A stretch of 64,000 bases of DNA, taken from positions 290-64,289 of the forward strand of contig JAIELD010000066.1 in NCBI GenBank assembly GCA_019753285.1, given 5' to 3'. The number at the start of each line of letters is the position of its first letter. The first letter of the stretch is position 1. Below the pieces are notes generated by a model. That model was not told the DNA's origin, did no database searches, and worked only from the letters and a program-made list of their open reading frames with translations. Shown here one piece after another: positions 20,804 through 28,930 of this stretch. The position numbers and the translations under genes were made by a program. The DNA comes from Beijerinckiaceae bacterium (GTDB taxonomy: Bacteria > Pseudomonadota > Alphaproteobacteria > Rhizobiales > Beijerinckiaceae).

Positions 20804-21106
20804 ATGATCATGTTTCGCAATCTCATGCTTTCAGCCGTCGCTGCCGCGACCCTGGGTGTCGCGGCGATCGGAACGTCCAGCGCCGCGTCCGCGCATGACT
20901 GGTACCAGGGCGGCGCAAGGGTGCCGGATACCTACGACCTCAGCAGGCCTCACCATGTCTGGCGCGAGCGGCCTGTCGTCGTCGAGGAGCGTATCGTGGT
21001 CGAGCGTCCGGCCTATCCCTACGGCTATGGCTGGAGGCGGCCCGTCTATGCCGGCTATGGTTATGGCCACAGATTTTACGGCCGTCACTTCTATCGCGGC
21101 TGGTGA
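20804..21106 (+). CDS. Small secreted Arg/Tyr/Gly-rich protein (hypothetical)
   Basis: The signal peptide is MIMFRNLMLSAVAAATLGVAAIGTSSAASA. The ~70-aa mature part is rich in R, Y, G and P (YPYGYGWRRPVYAGYGYGHRFYGRHFYRGW). A strong terminator follows. Confidence 0.6.
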   Translation: MIMFRNLMLSAVAAATLGVAAIGTSSAASAHDWYQGGARVPDTYDLSRPHHVWRERPVVVEERIVVERPAYPYGYGWRRPVYAGYGYGHRFYGRHFYRGW

Positions 21107-21126
21107 AGCCGGGCCTTCGCGCAAAT

Positions 21127-21154
21127 AAAAAACCCGGCCACGAGGCCGGGTTTT
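21127..21154. terminator. Bidirectional rho-independent terminator between convergent genes
   Basis: aaaaaa-cccggcc-acga-ggccggg-tttt. The 7-bp GC stem is flanked by an A-run and a T-run. It lies between the small CDS (+) and carD (-). Confidence 0.8.
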
Positions 21155-21180
21155 CCTGTTGTGCATGAAGATGCGCCTGA

Positions 21181-21768
21181 TCAGGCCGCTTCTTCCTGCG
21201 CATCGTCGTCCTCGACTTCCGCCTCGACCTCGTCCGCAGCGCCTTTGGCGCGGCGCGGATTCTTCGAGAGGTTCGATTCGATCTTCTTCAAGGCCTCGGT
21301 CTCGGTCACGTCATCGACGACCGCGAGCTCATCGACGAGGCGCGCGAGCGCCTGTTCGTAAAGCTGGCGCTCGGAATAGGACTGCTCCGGCTGCAATTCG
21401 GAGCGGTAGAGGTCACGAACCACCTCGGCGATCGCGGTGATGTCGCCGGAATTGATCTTGGCTTCATATTCCTGCGCGCGGCGGCTCCACATGGTGCGCT
21501 TGACGCGGGCGCGGCCCGTCAGGATCAGCATCGCTTTTGCGATCATTTCCGGCTCGGAGAGCTTGCGCATGCCGACGGAGACGACCTTGGCGGTGGGAAC
21601 ACGCAGCGTCATCTTTTCCTTGGGAAAATTGATCACGAACAATTCGAGCTTGTAGCCGGCGATCTCCTGCTCCTCTATGGCGGTGATCCTGCCGACGCCG
21701 TGCGCCGGATAAACCACTGCTTCGCCCGTCTTGAAACCCTGCTTGGTCACCGTTTTTTTCGTGCTCAT
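21181..21768 (-). CDS. carD: CarD family transcriptional regulator (RNA-polymerase binding)
   Basis: Trimmed from 21816 to MSTKKTVTKQGFKTGEAVVYPAHGVGRITAIEEQEIAG..LELFVI.F...KMTLRVP. It has an acidic C-terminal tail. Confidence 0.9.
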   Translation of the reverse strand: MSTKKTVTKQGFKTGEAVVYPAHGVGRITAIEEQEIAGYKLELFVINFPKEKMTLRVPTAKVVSVGMRKLSEPEMIAKAMLILTGRARVKRTMWSRRAQEYEAKINSGDITAIAEVVRDLYRSELQPEQSYSERQLYEQALARLVDELAVVDDVTETEALKKIESNLSKNPRRAKGAADEVEAEVEDDDAQEEAA

Positions 21769-22232
21769 TAGCGTCCTCACAAAATGCGCGATGCCTGCCG
21801 GAGCAGGGCCGCGCATATCCGGTTTATTTTGGCTGACCGCTCGAACTGAGGCAGCGCAAAACGAATTTGATGACGAGCGGAGGAAGCGATCCTCGATAGT
21901 GAAGTCATCCGCCTACAAACCAAATAGTCTCGACCAGGGGCGGCACTCGCCGACCTGAGCAGTCCTCACCTTTCAAAAGACGAAAAGAGTTGCCCCTGCG
22001 CGGATCGTCGCGCGATGCAAGCAGGTTGTCGGGTAGATCAAGAAACCGTCCTGAGACAAAAATAGCCGATCCAGGTCGAAATTTGGATTGTCAGATACGG
22101 TATCACAAAAAACGGCAAAAATCAAAAAGAAGTCGAGCGGGCGTTTACGAAGGTTAACGCCGCGCCGCATCTTCGTTAAATTTGTCCGACATACCGCTCA
22201 GAAATCGTAAATGAGCCGGAAGACGCGGTCGT

Positions 22233-22571
22233 TCAGTCGCCGCTGCCTGGATTTGCCGAGAAATGCGCCTCAAGCTTGTTCGGCACGCCATCGAAAGACT
22301 TGGCGTCGGCTGGCGCCTCGCGCTTGATCGTGATGTTCGGCCAGACCTTGGCGTATTCGACGTTGAGCTTCAGCCAGCTTTCAAGGCCCGGCTCGGTGTC
22401 CGCCTTGATCGCTTCTGCAGGGCATTCCGGCTCGCAGACGCCGCAGTCGATGCATTCGTCCGGGTGGATGACGAGCATGTTTTCGCCCTCGTAGAAGCAA
22501 TCCACCGGGCAGACCTCGACGCAGTCCATGTATTTGCACTTGATGCAGTTATCGGTGACCACATAGGTCAT
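22233..22571 (-). CDS. fdxA: 7Fe ferredoxin ([3Fe-4S][4Fe-4S])
   Basis: [51 protein letters not shown] is the canonical FdxA cysteine pattern. Confidence 0.95.
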   Translation of the reverse strand: MTYVVTDNCIKCKYMDCVEVCPVDCFYEGENMLVIHPDECIDCGVCEPECPAEAIKADTEPGLESWLKLNVEYAKVWPNITIKREAPADAKSFDGVPNKLEAHFSANPGSGD

Positions 22572-22723
22572 CGGCTCATCCTTATCATCATCGCTTCCGG
22601 TCTTGCCGGGGCGCCGTTGTTCAATCGATCTGAGGCATTAGCGGTTCGGCAGGCAGGGCGCAAGCTCAAGAATTGTCACGCCTCATACGCGCCGGAAGCG
22701 CCAGGCGCGGCGCCTGCCGCCCG

Positions 22724-22993
22724 TCAGCCGGACTGGTTTTCATAGAGCGTCTGCGCCTCGGTCGCCGGTCCCCGGCGCTCGCCCGGCAGCACCACCTTGA
22801 GGACGAGAACCTGTCGTTCAAGCGATATGGTGAGCACGTCGCCGGCCTTGATGAGCTTGGCCGGCTGTTGCGCGCGCGTTCCATTGACCCGCACGTAACC
22901 GTCCTTGATTAGCGTCGCGGCCTTCTCCCGGCTCTTCAGGATGCGGGCGAAGAACAGCCATTTGTCGAGGCGCTGCCTGGCGGCTTCGGTCAT
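22724..22993 (-). CDS. RNA-binding S4 domain protein (Hsp15-like)
   Basis: 89 aa. The sequence reads RLDKWLFFARILKSREKAATLIKDGYVRVNG. Confidence 0.8.
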   Translation of the reverse strand: MTEAARQRLDKWLFFARILKSREKAATLIKDGYVRVNGTRAQQPAKLIKAGDVLTISLERQVLVLKVVLPGERRGPATEAQTLYENQSG

Positions 22994-23059
22994 GCAAGGC
23001 GTTTCATTGCGAGGCGTCTCATCATGTCCTCAAGCCTGAACAAAAAAGCGCGCCGCCGC

Positions 23060-26000
23060 TCAGGACTTGCCCTCGAGCTGAGCCTTCAACGCCGCGAGCT
23101 TGGCGAAGGGCGAATCAGGATCGGCCTGCCGCTCCTGCTTGGGCGTCTGGGAGAATGATTGCCCGGAATTGCGCCCTTCGGCGAACCGGTTGCCGCCGCG
23201 CTCATTGCCACGCCGGTCGTCGGAGTGGGGACGGCCGCCATTCTGCCGCTTGCCCGCCGCGCCCGGCCTCTCTCCGCCCAGCCTATCGCCGCCCGGTCGA
23301 TCCTGCCGTACCGGTTTTGCCGGGTCGCGCGTCCAGAGCGTGCGCGGCGCGGCCTCTCCATCTTTCGCGGCTTCGGCTGGCGCGGCGGGCTTGTTCGGGT
23401 CACGCACCCAAAGCTGGCGGCCGAGCTTCGGCTTGTCGGCCTTGTCCCTGTTCCTTGACTTGCGCTGATGGTCGCCGCGATCGAAGCGGGCGGCCCGCCA
23501 GACCTCGATCATGACGGGTTCGGCAGGCTCAGCGCTTGCGGGTGTGTCGGCGCTTTCGGGTGTGTCGGCGCCTTCAGTCTGTTGGGTGGCGGAAGCGTCT
23601 TCGCCCTCCACAACCGCTTCGACCGCGCGTTCCGCGTGCGACGTATTATCCGTCGGCTCTTCAGAAGCCGGCGGCGGCTCGATTTGCTCCTCGGCCGGTA
23701 TCGAATGCTCTACCTCGGCCGCGGCCAGCGGCTCGGCTGCCTCCTCGGCTGGGGTGGAGATAGCCTCGGTCGGCGATTCGGCCTGTTCGCCGGATGGCTC
23801 GATTTCTGGTGCCGGCTCCTCGATCGTCGCGGCCTGTGGTTCCTCTGCGCTTGCCTTCATGGCTTCGCTGCCCGGCAGCGGGACGATCGGTTTTGGCTCC
23901 GGCAGAGGCTTCTTCTCGCTGCGATAACCGAGCGATTTCAGGATCGCGGCAAAATCTTCGCCCGAGCAGCCGACGAGCGAGGTCATCGCCACGCTGACGG
24001 TGAAGCCGTCGCCTTCCGTCGCGCCTGCCGGCGGTGCACCCGGCGTGATGCCCGGCTTGAAGGCGATGGCAGGACGGATGAGATCGGCGAGTCGCTCCAG
24101 AATGTCGATGCGCACGGCACGCGGGCCGCAGACGCGAAAGCCCGCCGCGCGGTAGAGGCCCTTTGGCAATGTCTCGTCCGCGGGAAAGGAGGTACGCCCG
24201 GAAGACGAGAGATGCACGATGTCGTCGAGCCCCTTCGGCTCGAGCCCGCCATGCTTCAGCATCCAGAGCTGGGCGGCGAGTGCGCGCGCGGCGGGCTTCA
24301 TCAGTTGCGGCGTGTAGATATGATAACTGCCGAAGCGCACGCCGAGCTTGCGCAGCTCCGCCCGGCCCGGCTGGTCGAGGCTTTTCACGTCGTTCGCGAC
24401 GCCGGCGCGTTCGAGAACGCCGAGGTTCTCGGCAAGCTGGTACCCAAGCCCCCGGCCAATGCCGGTCAGCGTCTCGCCGGCCTCCAGCGTGAGAAGCGGC
24501 CCGAGATATTTGGCGACATGCGCCTTCAGCCAGAGCGTGAGCCTCGCTTCCACCTGCTCGCGCGGCGGTCCGCTCAAATGCTCGTCCGCGAGGATGATGA
24601 AGCGCGGCTCCAGCGTCTTCTCGCCCGCCTGGAGCTTCGCGACCGGTTCGCCGAGCCAACGGATCGTTCCGTCAAGCGCGAGGGCGAAGCTGCCATCCTC
24701 CGCGGCGGAGAAGCGGGTCGCGCGCGCCTCGATCTCGGAGGCGAGCGATTTGGCGGCGACGGCGCGCATCGCCTTTGCTTCCGGCGTATCGACGCCCATG
24801 CCCTGCGTGTCTGCGGTGAAGCGGAAGCCGGAAAGCTTGCCTACGGTCTGGCCTTCGACCAGCACGTCGCCATTCGTCGTCACTTCGGCTTCCAACATCG
24901 AGTTTTCCCGTAACCGTCGCATCAGCACCGAGGTGCGCCGATCGACAAACCGCGCCGCTAGCTTTTCATGAAGCGCATCGGAGAGGTTATCCTCTACCTT
25001 ACGCGTCACGCGCTGCCAATGCTCCGGATCGCGCAGCCAATCAACCCGGTTTGCGCAAAAAGTCCATGTTCTGATCTGCGCCAGACGGGCCGAAAGCGTG
25101 TCGATCTCGCCCTCCGGCTTGTTGCAGAGCGCGATCTGCGCCGCAAACCAGTCGACGGGAATGAACTCGCCGCGCATCAGGAATTCATAGATCGAGATGG
25201 CGAGGTCGGCGTGATGGTGGTGGGCGACCTTGCGATAGTCCGGCAGCGCGCAGACCTCCCAGAGCCTGCGGACGGCGGCTGGCGTCGATGCGAGATCGCG
25301 GATGTCGGGCCGGCTGGCGGCGATCTCGAGCGTGATCTCGTCCGCTGCGGTCGGCGCGCTCGTCACGCCCTGTTCCTGCGGCGGCACCTGGAGGCTCGCC
25401 TGAAGCGCCTTCAGCGACGAGAACTGCAGATCGGGATTGCGCCAGTTGATCACGCGCACCGCATCGAAATCATGGCCTTCGAGCTGCTCGACCAGCTCCT
25501 GCTCGAACGGTGCGCAGCGGGCGCTGGTGCCGAATGTGCCGTCCTTCAGATGCCGCCCGGCGCGCCCGGCAATCTGCGCCATCTCGGCCGGAGTGAGCCT
25601 GCGATGGTGATAACCGTCGAACTTCCGGTCAGCGGCGAATGCGACGTGGTCGATTTCGAGGTTCAGTCCCATGCCGATCGCGTCGGTCGCGACGATATGA
25701 TCGACATCGCCGTTCTGGAAGAGCTCGACCTGGGCGTTGCGGGTGCGTGGGCTGAGCGCCCCCATCACGACGGCCGCCCCGCCGCGCTGGCGGCGGATCA
25801 GCTCGGCGATGGCGTAGACTTCTTCAGCGGAGAAAGCGACGATTGCCGAGCGCGGCGGCAGGCGCGTGATCTTGCGCTCGCCGGCGAAACTCAGCTTCGA
25901 GAGGCGCGGCCGCGAAATGATGTTGGCCCCGGGCAGCAGACGCTCCACCAGCGGCTTCATCGTCGAGGATCCGATGATCAGCGTCTCCTCGCGGCCCCGC

Positions 26001-26368
26001 ATGTTGAGCATCGCGTTGGTGAAGACATGGCCGCGGTCGGAATCGGCGGCGAGCTGGATTTCGTCGATCGCGAGAAAGGCGACGTCGAGATCGCGTGGCA
26101 TCGCCTCGACGGTCGCGATCCAGTAGCGCGCATGCTTGGGCTTGATCTTCTCCTCGCCGGTAATGAGGGCGACCTTGTCCTTGCCGACCCGATCGACGAC
26201 ACGGTTATAGACCTCGCGGGCAAGCAGACGGAGCGGCAGGCCGATCAGCCCGCTTGAATGGCCGAGCATGCGTTCGATGGCGAGATGGGTCTTGCCGGTG
26301 TTCGTCGGACCCAGAACCGCCGTCACGCCACGCGCGCGCAGGTTGGGAGGGAGGGAACCGCTCAGCAT
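23060..26368 (-). CDS. Suv3-like ATP-dependent helicase (alphaproteobacterial 'helicase-related protein') with a long disordered C-terminal tail
   Basis: Trimmed from 26629 to Met88 (MLSGSLPPNLRARGVTAVLGPTNTGKTHLAIERM, Walker A). It has DEIQ and later helicase motifs (...ATDAIGMGLN...QIAGRAGR). The upstream 87 codons have poor coding character. Confidence 0.85.
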   Translation of the reverse strand: MLSGSLPPNLRARGVTAVLGPTNTGKTHLAIERMLGHSSGLIGLPLRLLAREVYNRVVDRVGKDKVALITGEEKIKPKHARYWIATVEAMPRDLDVAFLAIDEIQLAADSDRGHVFTNAMLNMRGREETLIIGSSTMKPLVERLLPGANIISRPRLSKLSFAGERKITRLPPRSAIVAFSAEEVYAIAELIRRQRGGAAVVMGALSPRTRNAQVELFQNGDVDHIVATDAIGMGLNLEIDHVAFAADRKFDGYHHRRLTPAEMAQIAGRAGRHLKDGTFGTSARCAPFEQELVEQLEGHDFDAVRVINWRNPDLQFSSLKALQASLQVPPQEQGVTSAPTAADEITLEIAASRPDIRDLASTPAAVRRLWEVCALPDYRKVAHHHHADLAISIYEFLMRGEFIPVDWFAAQIALCNKPEGEIDTLSARLAQIRTWTFCANRVDWLRDPEHWQRVTRKVEDNLSDALHEKLAARFVDRRTSVLMRRLRENSMLEAEVTTNGDVLVEGQTVGKLSGFRFTADTQGMGVDTPEAKAMRAVAAKSLASEIEARATRFSAAEDGSFALALDGTIRWLGEPVAKLQAGEKTLEPRFIILADEHLSGPPREQVEARLTLWLKAHVAKYLGPLLTLEAGETLTGIGRGLGYQLAENLGVLERAGVANDVKSLDQPGRAELRKLGVRFGSYHIYTPQLMKPAARALAAQLWMLKHGGLEPKGLDDIVHLSSSGRTSFPADETLPKGLYRAAGFRVCGPRAVRIDILERLADLIRPAIAFKPGITPGAPPAGATEGDGFTVSVAMTSLVGCSGEDFAAILKSLGYRSEKKPLPEPKPIVPLPGSEAMKASAEEPQAATIEEPAPEIEPSGEQAESPTEAISTPAEEAAEPLAAAEVEHSIPAEEQIEPPPASEEPTDNTSHAERAVEAVVEGEDASATQQTEGADTPESADTPASAEPAEPVMIEVWRAARFDRGDHQRKSRNRDKADKPKLGRQLWVRDPNKPAAPAEAAKDGEAAPRTLWTRDPAKPVRQDRPGGDRLGGERPGAAGKRQNGGRPHSDDRRGNERGGNRFAEGRNSGQSFSQTPKQERQADPDSPFAKLAALKAQLEGKS

Positions 26369-26434
26369 CGCCCCTCCTTCGCATATGCGCCGCTTTGGAA
26401 CAACCTTGGATGGGCTGAAGTGCCATCGCTTAGC

Positions 26435-26735
26435 GAATCGAACGTGATGCGAACGAATCGCGACCGAATCGATATCGCAGAATCGGCACTCGATGAGTCG
26501 TCTTTTGTCCAGACGCAAGATGTTGAAACTGAATTCCGAGTCAAAGCTAAATGTTGAATCCTGGCTAGACTGACGTGACGAAGCGCTAGACTCAGGCCAC
26601 CGAGGCGCTGGCTGAAGAAGACTCGGCATTCCGATCGGTTAAACTTTAACGCGGCCGACCGCTCATGGCCGCCTCTCTGTTCATCTTTGGACGGAAGGCC
26701 GAACATTGCAGGCACGAATCGGCTCGAATTGATTC
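26435..26735. promoter_or_regulatory. Cluster of 11 GANTC motifs (CcrM-type methylation sites) in the spacer upstream of the helicase gene
   Basis: I counted sites at about 26435, 26455, 26466, 26480, 26495, 26538, 26556, 26589, 26620, 26716 and 26731. Four are the exact heptamer CGAATCG. Confidence 0.6.
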
Positions 26736-26889
26736 GAAAGGGCGGCCTGGCCTCGATCGACGCGAGCGATGATGTTCTTCAAGTGGGTGCCGCGCGCGAA
26801 TGCACAATGGGCGGGCGGGTAAAATGTTAAGGGCCGCGTGCCTTCATGGCACAGATTTCGAGCGTGCCGGCCCGAAAGCAGGTGTGAGG

Positions 26890-26921
26890 ATGGTTAACGG
26901 ATCATCAACGATTAACCATAT
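26890..26921. repeat. Inverted repeat ATGGTTAA-N14-TTAACCAT, whose right arm extends to ATTAACCATAT. It is a possible weak terminator or binding site just downstream of the DUF3108 gene.
   Basis: Read directly from the sequence. Positions were calibrated on the plus-frame ORF codon 'atg gtt aac' at 26890. Confidence 0.7.
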
Positions 26922-26943
26922 GCGGCTCTCGAACCTGCCGCGC

Positions 26944-27750
26944 CTACCGGGTGACGTTAACGGTCTCTGCCTCGATGACCGAGGTGCCGATCTGCGTCTT
27001 CACCGAAATCCGGAAGGGGACAAGTACGCCTGTGTCGCCCGCCGGGATGAGCCAGGCGCTCATCTCGCGGTTGTTCTGCATGTAGGTGACCTGCTTCTTG
27101 TTGAGCCTGTGCCCTGCGATCGGCGTATACCGCGCCGAGCAGACGAGCGCGGGCCCGGCATAGCCCGGCACGCTCACATCCTTGGTTCCGGAATAGCTCA
27201 GCGTCACGTTGAAGCGCTGCGCGCCGTCGTAGACGGGCAGCACTCGGTCGCAGGAGCTCGGCTCGAACGGCTTGCCTCTCACCGGCATCACCAGCGCGCC
27301 GATCGGATCGACGATGCCCTGCTTGTTGCGCGGCGTGATCGGCACGCGGTCGGGATGCTCGTCGAAGGGCGGGTCGATCGCCACGGTGTTGACCTGCGCG
27401 TTGCTCACCGACATGCGGATCGTGCGGGTCATCTGCGAGTTGGAGGCCGAAAGCGCATAGCCAGATGAGAGCGGACGGCCGTTGACGATGCTGCCCGTGG
27501 CATCCGCCGCGCCGCTGCCGCCGACGATCATGCCGACGAGGCCGTTGAGCTTGGCCCTCAGATTGATCGCGTAGCGATCTTTTGCGATGTTGCCGCTCAT
27601 GGAGGCGTTGCCGAGCGCCAGCCCGGCGAGCGAGATGCGGTAGCGCATGTCCACCGCATCGGCGCGGGCCGGCTGCCCACCGAGCACGAGGGCGGTGAAG
27701 GCCGCTCCCATGAGGAGGGTGTTGCCCGAACGAAGGATGCGCATGGTCAT
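26944..27750 (-). CDS. DUF3108-like secreted protein
   Basis: Trimmed from 27828 to MTMRILRSGNTLLMGAAFTALVLGGQPARA (signal). The beta-rich ~240-aa body and its pattern (YRISLAGLALGNASMSG..., ...VPFRISVKTQIGTSVIEA) resemble DUF3108. Confidence 0.6.
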   Translation of the reverse strand: MTMRILRSGNTLLMGAAFTALVLGGQPARADAVDMRYRISLAGLALGNASMSGNIAKDRYAINLRAKLNGLVGMIVGGSGAADATGSIVNGRPLSSGYALSASNSQMTRTIRMSVSNAQVNTVAIDPPFDEHPDRVPITPRNKQGIVDPIGALVMPVRGKPFEPSSCDRVLPVYDGAQRFNVTLSYSGTKDVSVPGYAGPALVCSARYTPIAGHRLNKKQVTYMQNNREMSAWLIPAGDTGVLVPFRISVKTQIGTSVIEAETVNVTR

Positions 27751-27790
27751 GGGGTCTCGCTGGCCGATCGTGATGATCCACGAAACACGG

Positions 27791-27801
27791 ATATGGTTAA
27801 T
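27791..27801. repeat. ATATGGTTAAT, the exact reverse complement of 26911-26921, located upstream of the DUF3108 gene
   Basis: Read directly from the sequence, 41 nt upstream of the trimmed start. Confidence 0.7.
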
Positions 27802-27907
27802 AAAGGTTTTTTGATGAAGCAACCGCATCGCGGTGGCCGTCGCGCAAGGGCTGTCGTGCCGCCGGCATTAACATGGTTTTGACGCGGCGGGCGCTAAGCT
27901 GCCGGGG

Positions 27908-28831
27908 ATGAGCGAAACCCTCGATGCCCCCATCGCCGAATGGCTGGCGCGCCTTGCCAGCGAACGACGGCTGAGCCCGCATACGATCGCCGCCTATGAG
28001 CGCGATGTTCGGCAATTCGCGGCGTTTCTCACGGGTCATCTTGGCCGGCCTGTGGGCCTGACCGCGCTGGCAGCCTTGAAGCCCGCCGATATTCGCAGCT
28101 TCATGGCCGATCGCCGCCGGCACGAGGTTCAGAGCCGATCGCTGATGCGCGGGCTTGCGGGCATCCGGTCGTTCCTGCGCTTCCTGGAGCGCGAGGGCCA
28201 TGGCAACGCCTCGGCCATCTCGGCGATCCGGTCCCCCCGCCTTCCGCGCAGCCTGCCGAAGCCGATCGCGCCATCGGCAGCACGCGCCGTCGCGGACGCT
28301 GACACGCGGGCCGGCGAAGCGCGCGAGACCTGGGTGCTGCTGCGTGACGCCGCCGTGCTGGCGCTGCTCTACGGGGCGGGGCTACGCATCGCCGAGGCGC
28401 TGTCGATCCGGCGCAAGGACGCGCCGGTCAAGGGTGGTTCGGTTCTGACCGTTCTCGGCAAGGGCGGGAAGCTGCGCAGCGTCCCCATCCTGCCGCAGGT
28501 CGCGGCAGCGGTGTCTGAGTATCTCGCGGCCGTGCCGCACAGGCTTGCGCCGAACGGCCCGCTGTTCGTCGGCGTGCGCGGAGGTGAGCTGTCGCCGCGC
28601 ATCATCCAATACGCGATGGAGACGATGCGCGGGGCGCTCGGCCTGCCCGCGACGGCGACTCCGCACGCGCTCAGGCACTCCTTCGCGACTCATCTTCTGG
28701 CGCGCGGCGGCGATCTGAGGACCATCCAGGAACTGCTAGGCCACGCTTCGTTGTCGAGCACGCAGATCTACACGCAGGTCGAGAGCGTGCAGTTGATGGC
28801 GGCGTTCAAGGCGGCGCATCCCCGCGCCTGA
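27908..28831 (+). CDS. xerC: Tyrosine site-specific recombinase XerC
   Basis: 307 aa. The N-terminus reads WLARLASERRLSPHTIAAYERDVRQFAAFL. Catalytic residues are ...GAGLRIAEAL..., ...HALRHSFATHLL..GGDLR.IQELLGH.SLS.TQIYT. Confidence 0.8.
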   Translation: MSETLDAPIAEWLARLASERRLSPHTIAAYERDVRQFAAFLTGHLGRPVGLTALAALKPADIRSFMADRRRHEVQSRSLMRGLAGIRSFLRFLEREGHGNASAISAIRSPRLPRSLPKPIAPSAARAVADADTRAGEARETWVLLRDAAVLALLYGAGLRIAEALSIRRKDAPVKGGSVLTVLGKGGKLRSVPILPQVAAAVSEYLAAVPHRLAPNGPLFVGVRGGELSPRIIQYAMETMRGALGLPATATPHALRHSFATHLLARGGDLRTIQELLGHASLSSTQIYTQVESVQLMAAFKAAHPRA

Positions 28832-28930
28832 TCGCTGGGCGCCCGTTGGACTTGTCACGAAGCAGTGCTACGAGGGCCTTGCCGCCACGGTGCGGATGAT
28901 CGCTCTCAAACGAGCTGACAAGGGGGGCCA

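Noticed and set aside
26369-26629. An 87-codon N-terminal extension of the helicase ORF (MPSLLQPAPRWPESS...).
   Set aside because: The extension runs through the lower-G+C, GANTC-rich spacer with poor coding character (many Ser, Phe and Cys codons). The helicase Walker A lies right after the internal Met at 26368, which I take as the start.
27774-27801. A possible dif (XerC/XerD) site next to xerC, because ATATGGTTAAT loosely resembles a TTATGTTAAAT XerD arm.
   Set aside because: No matching XerC arm lies 6 bp away at the right copy. The left copy's arms are separated by 14 nt instead of 6. This does not fit the 11-6-11 dif architecture.
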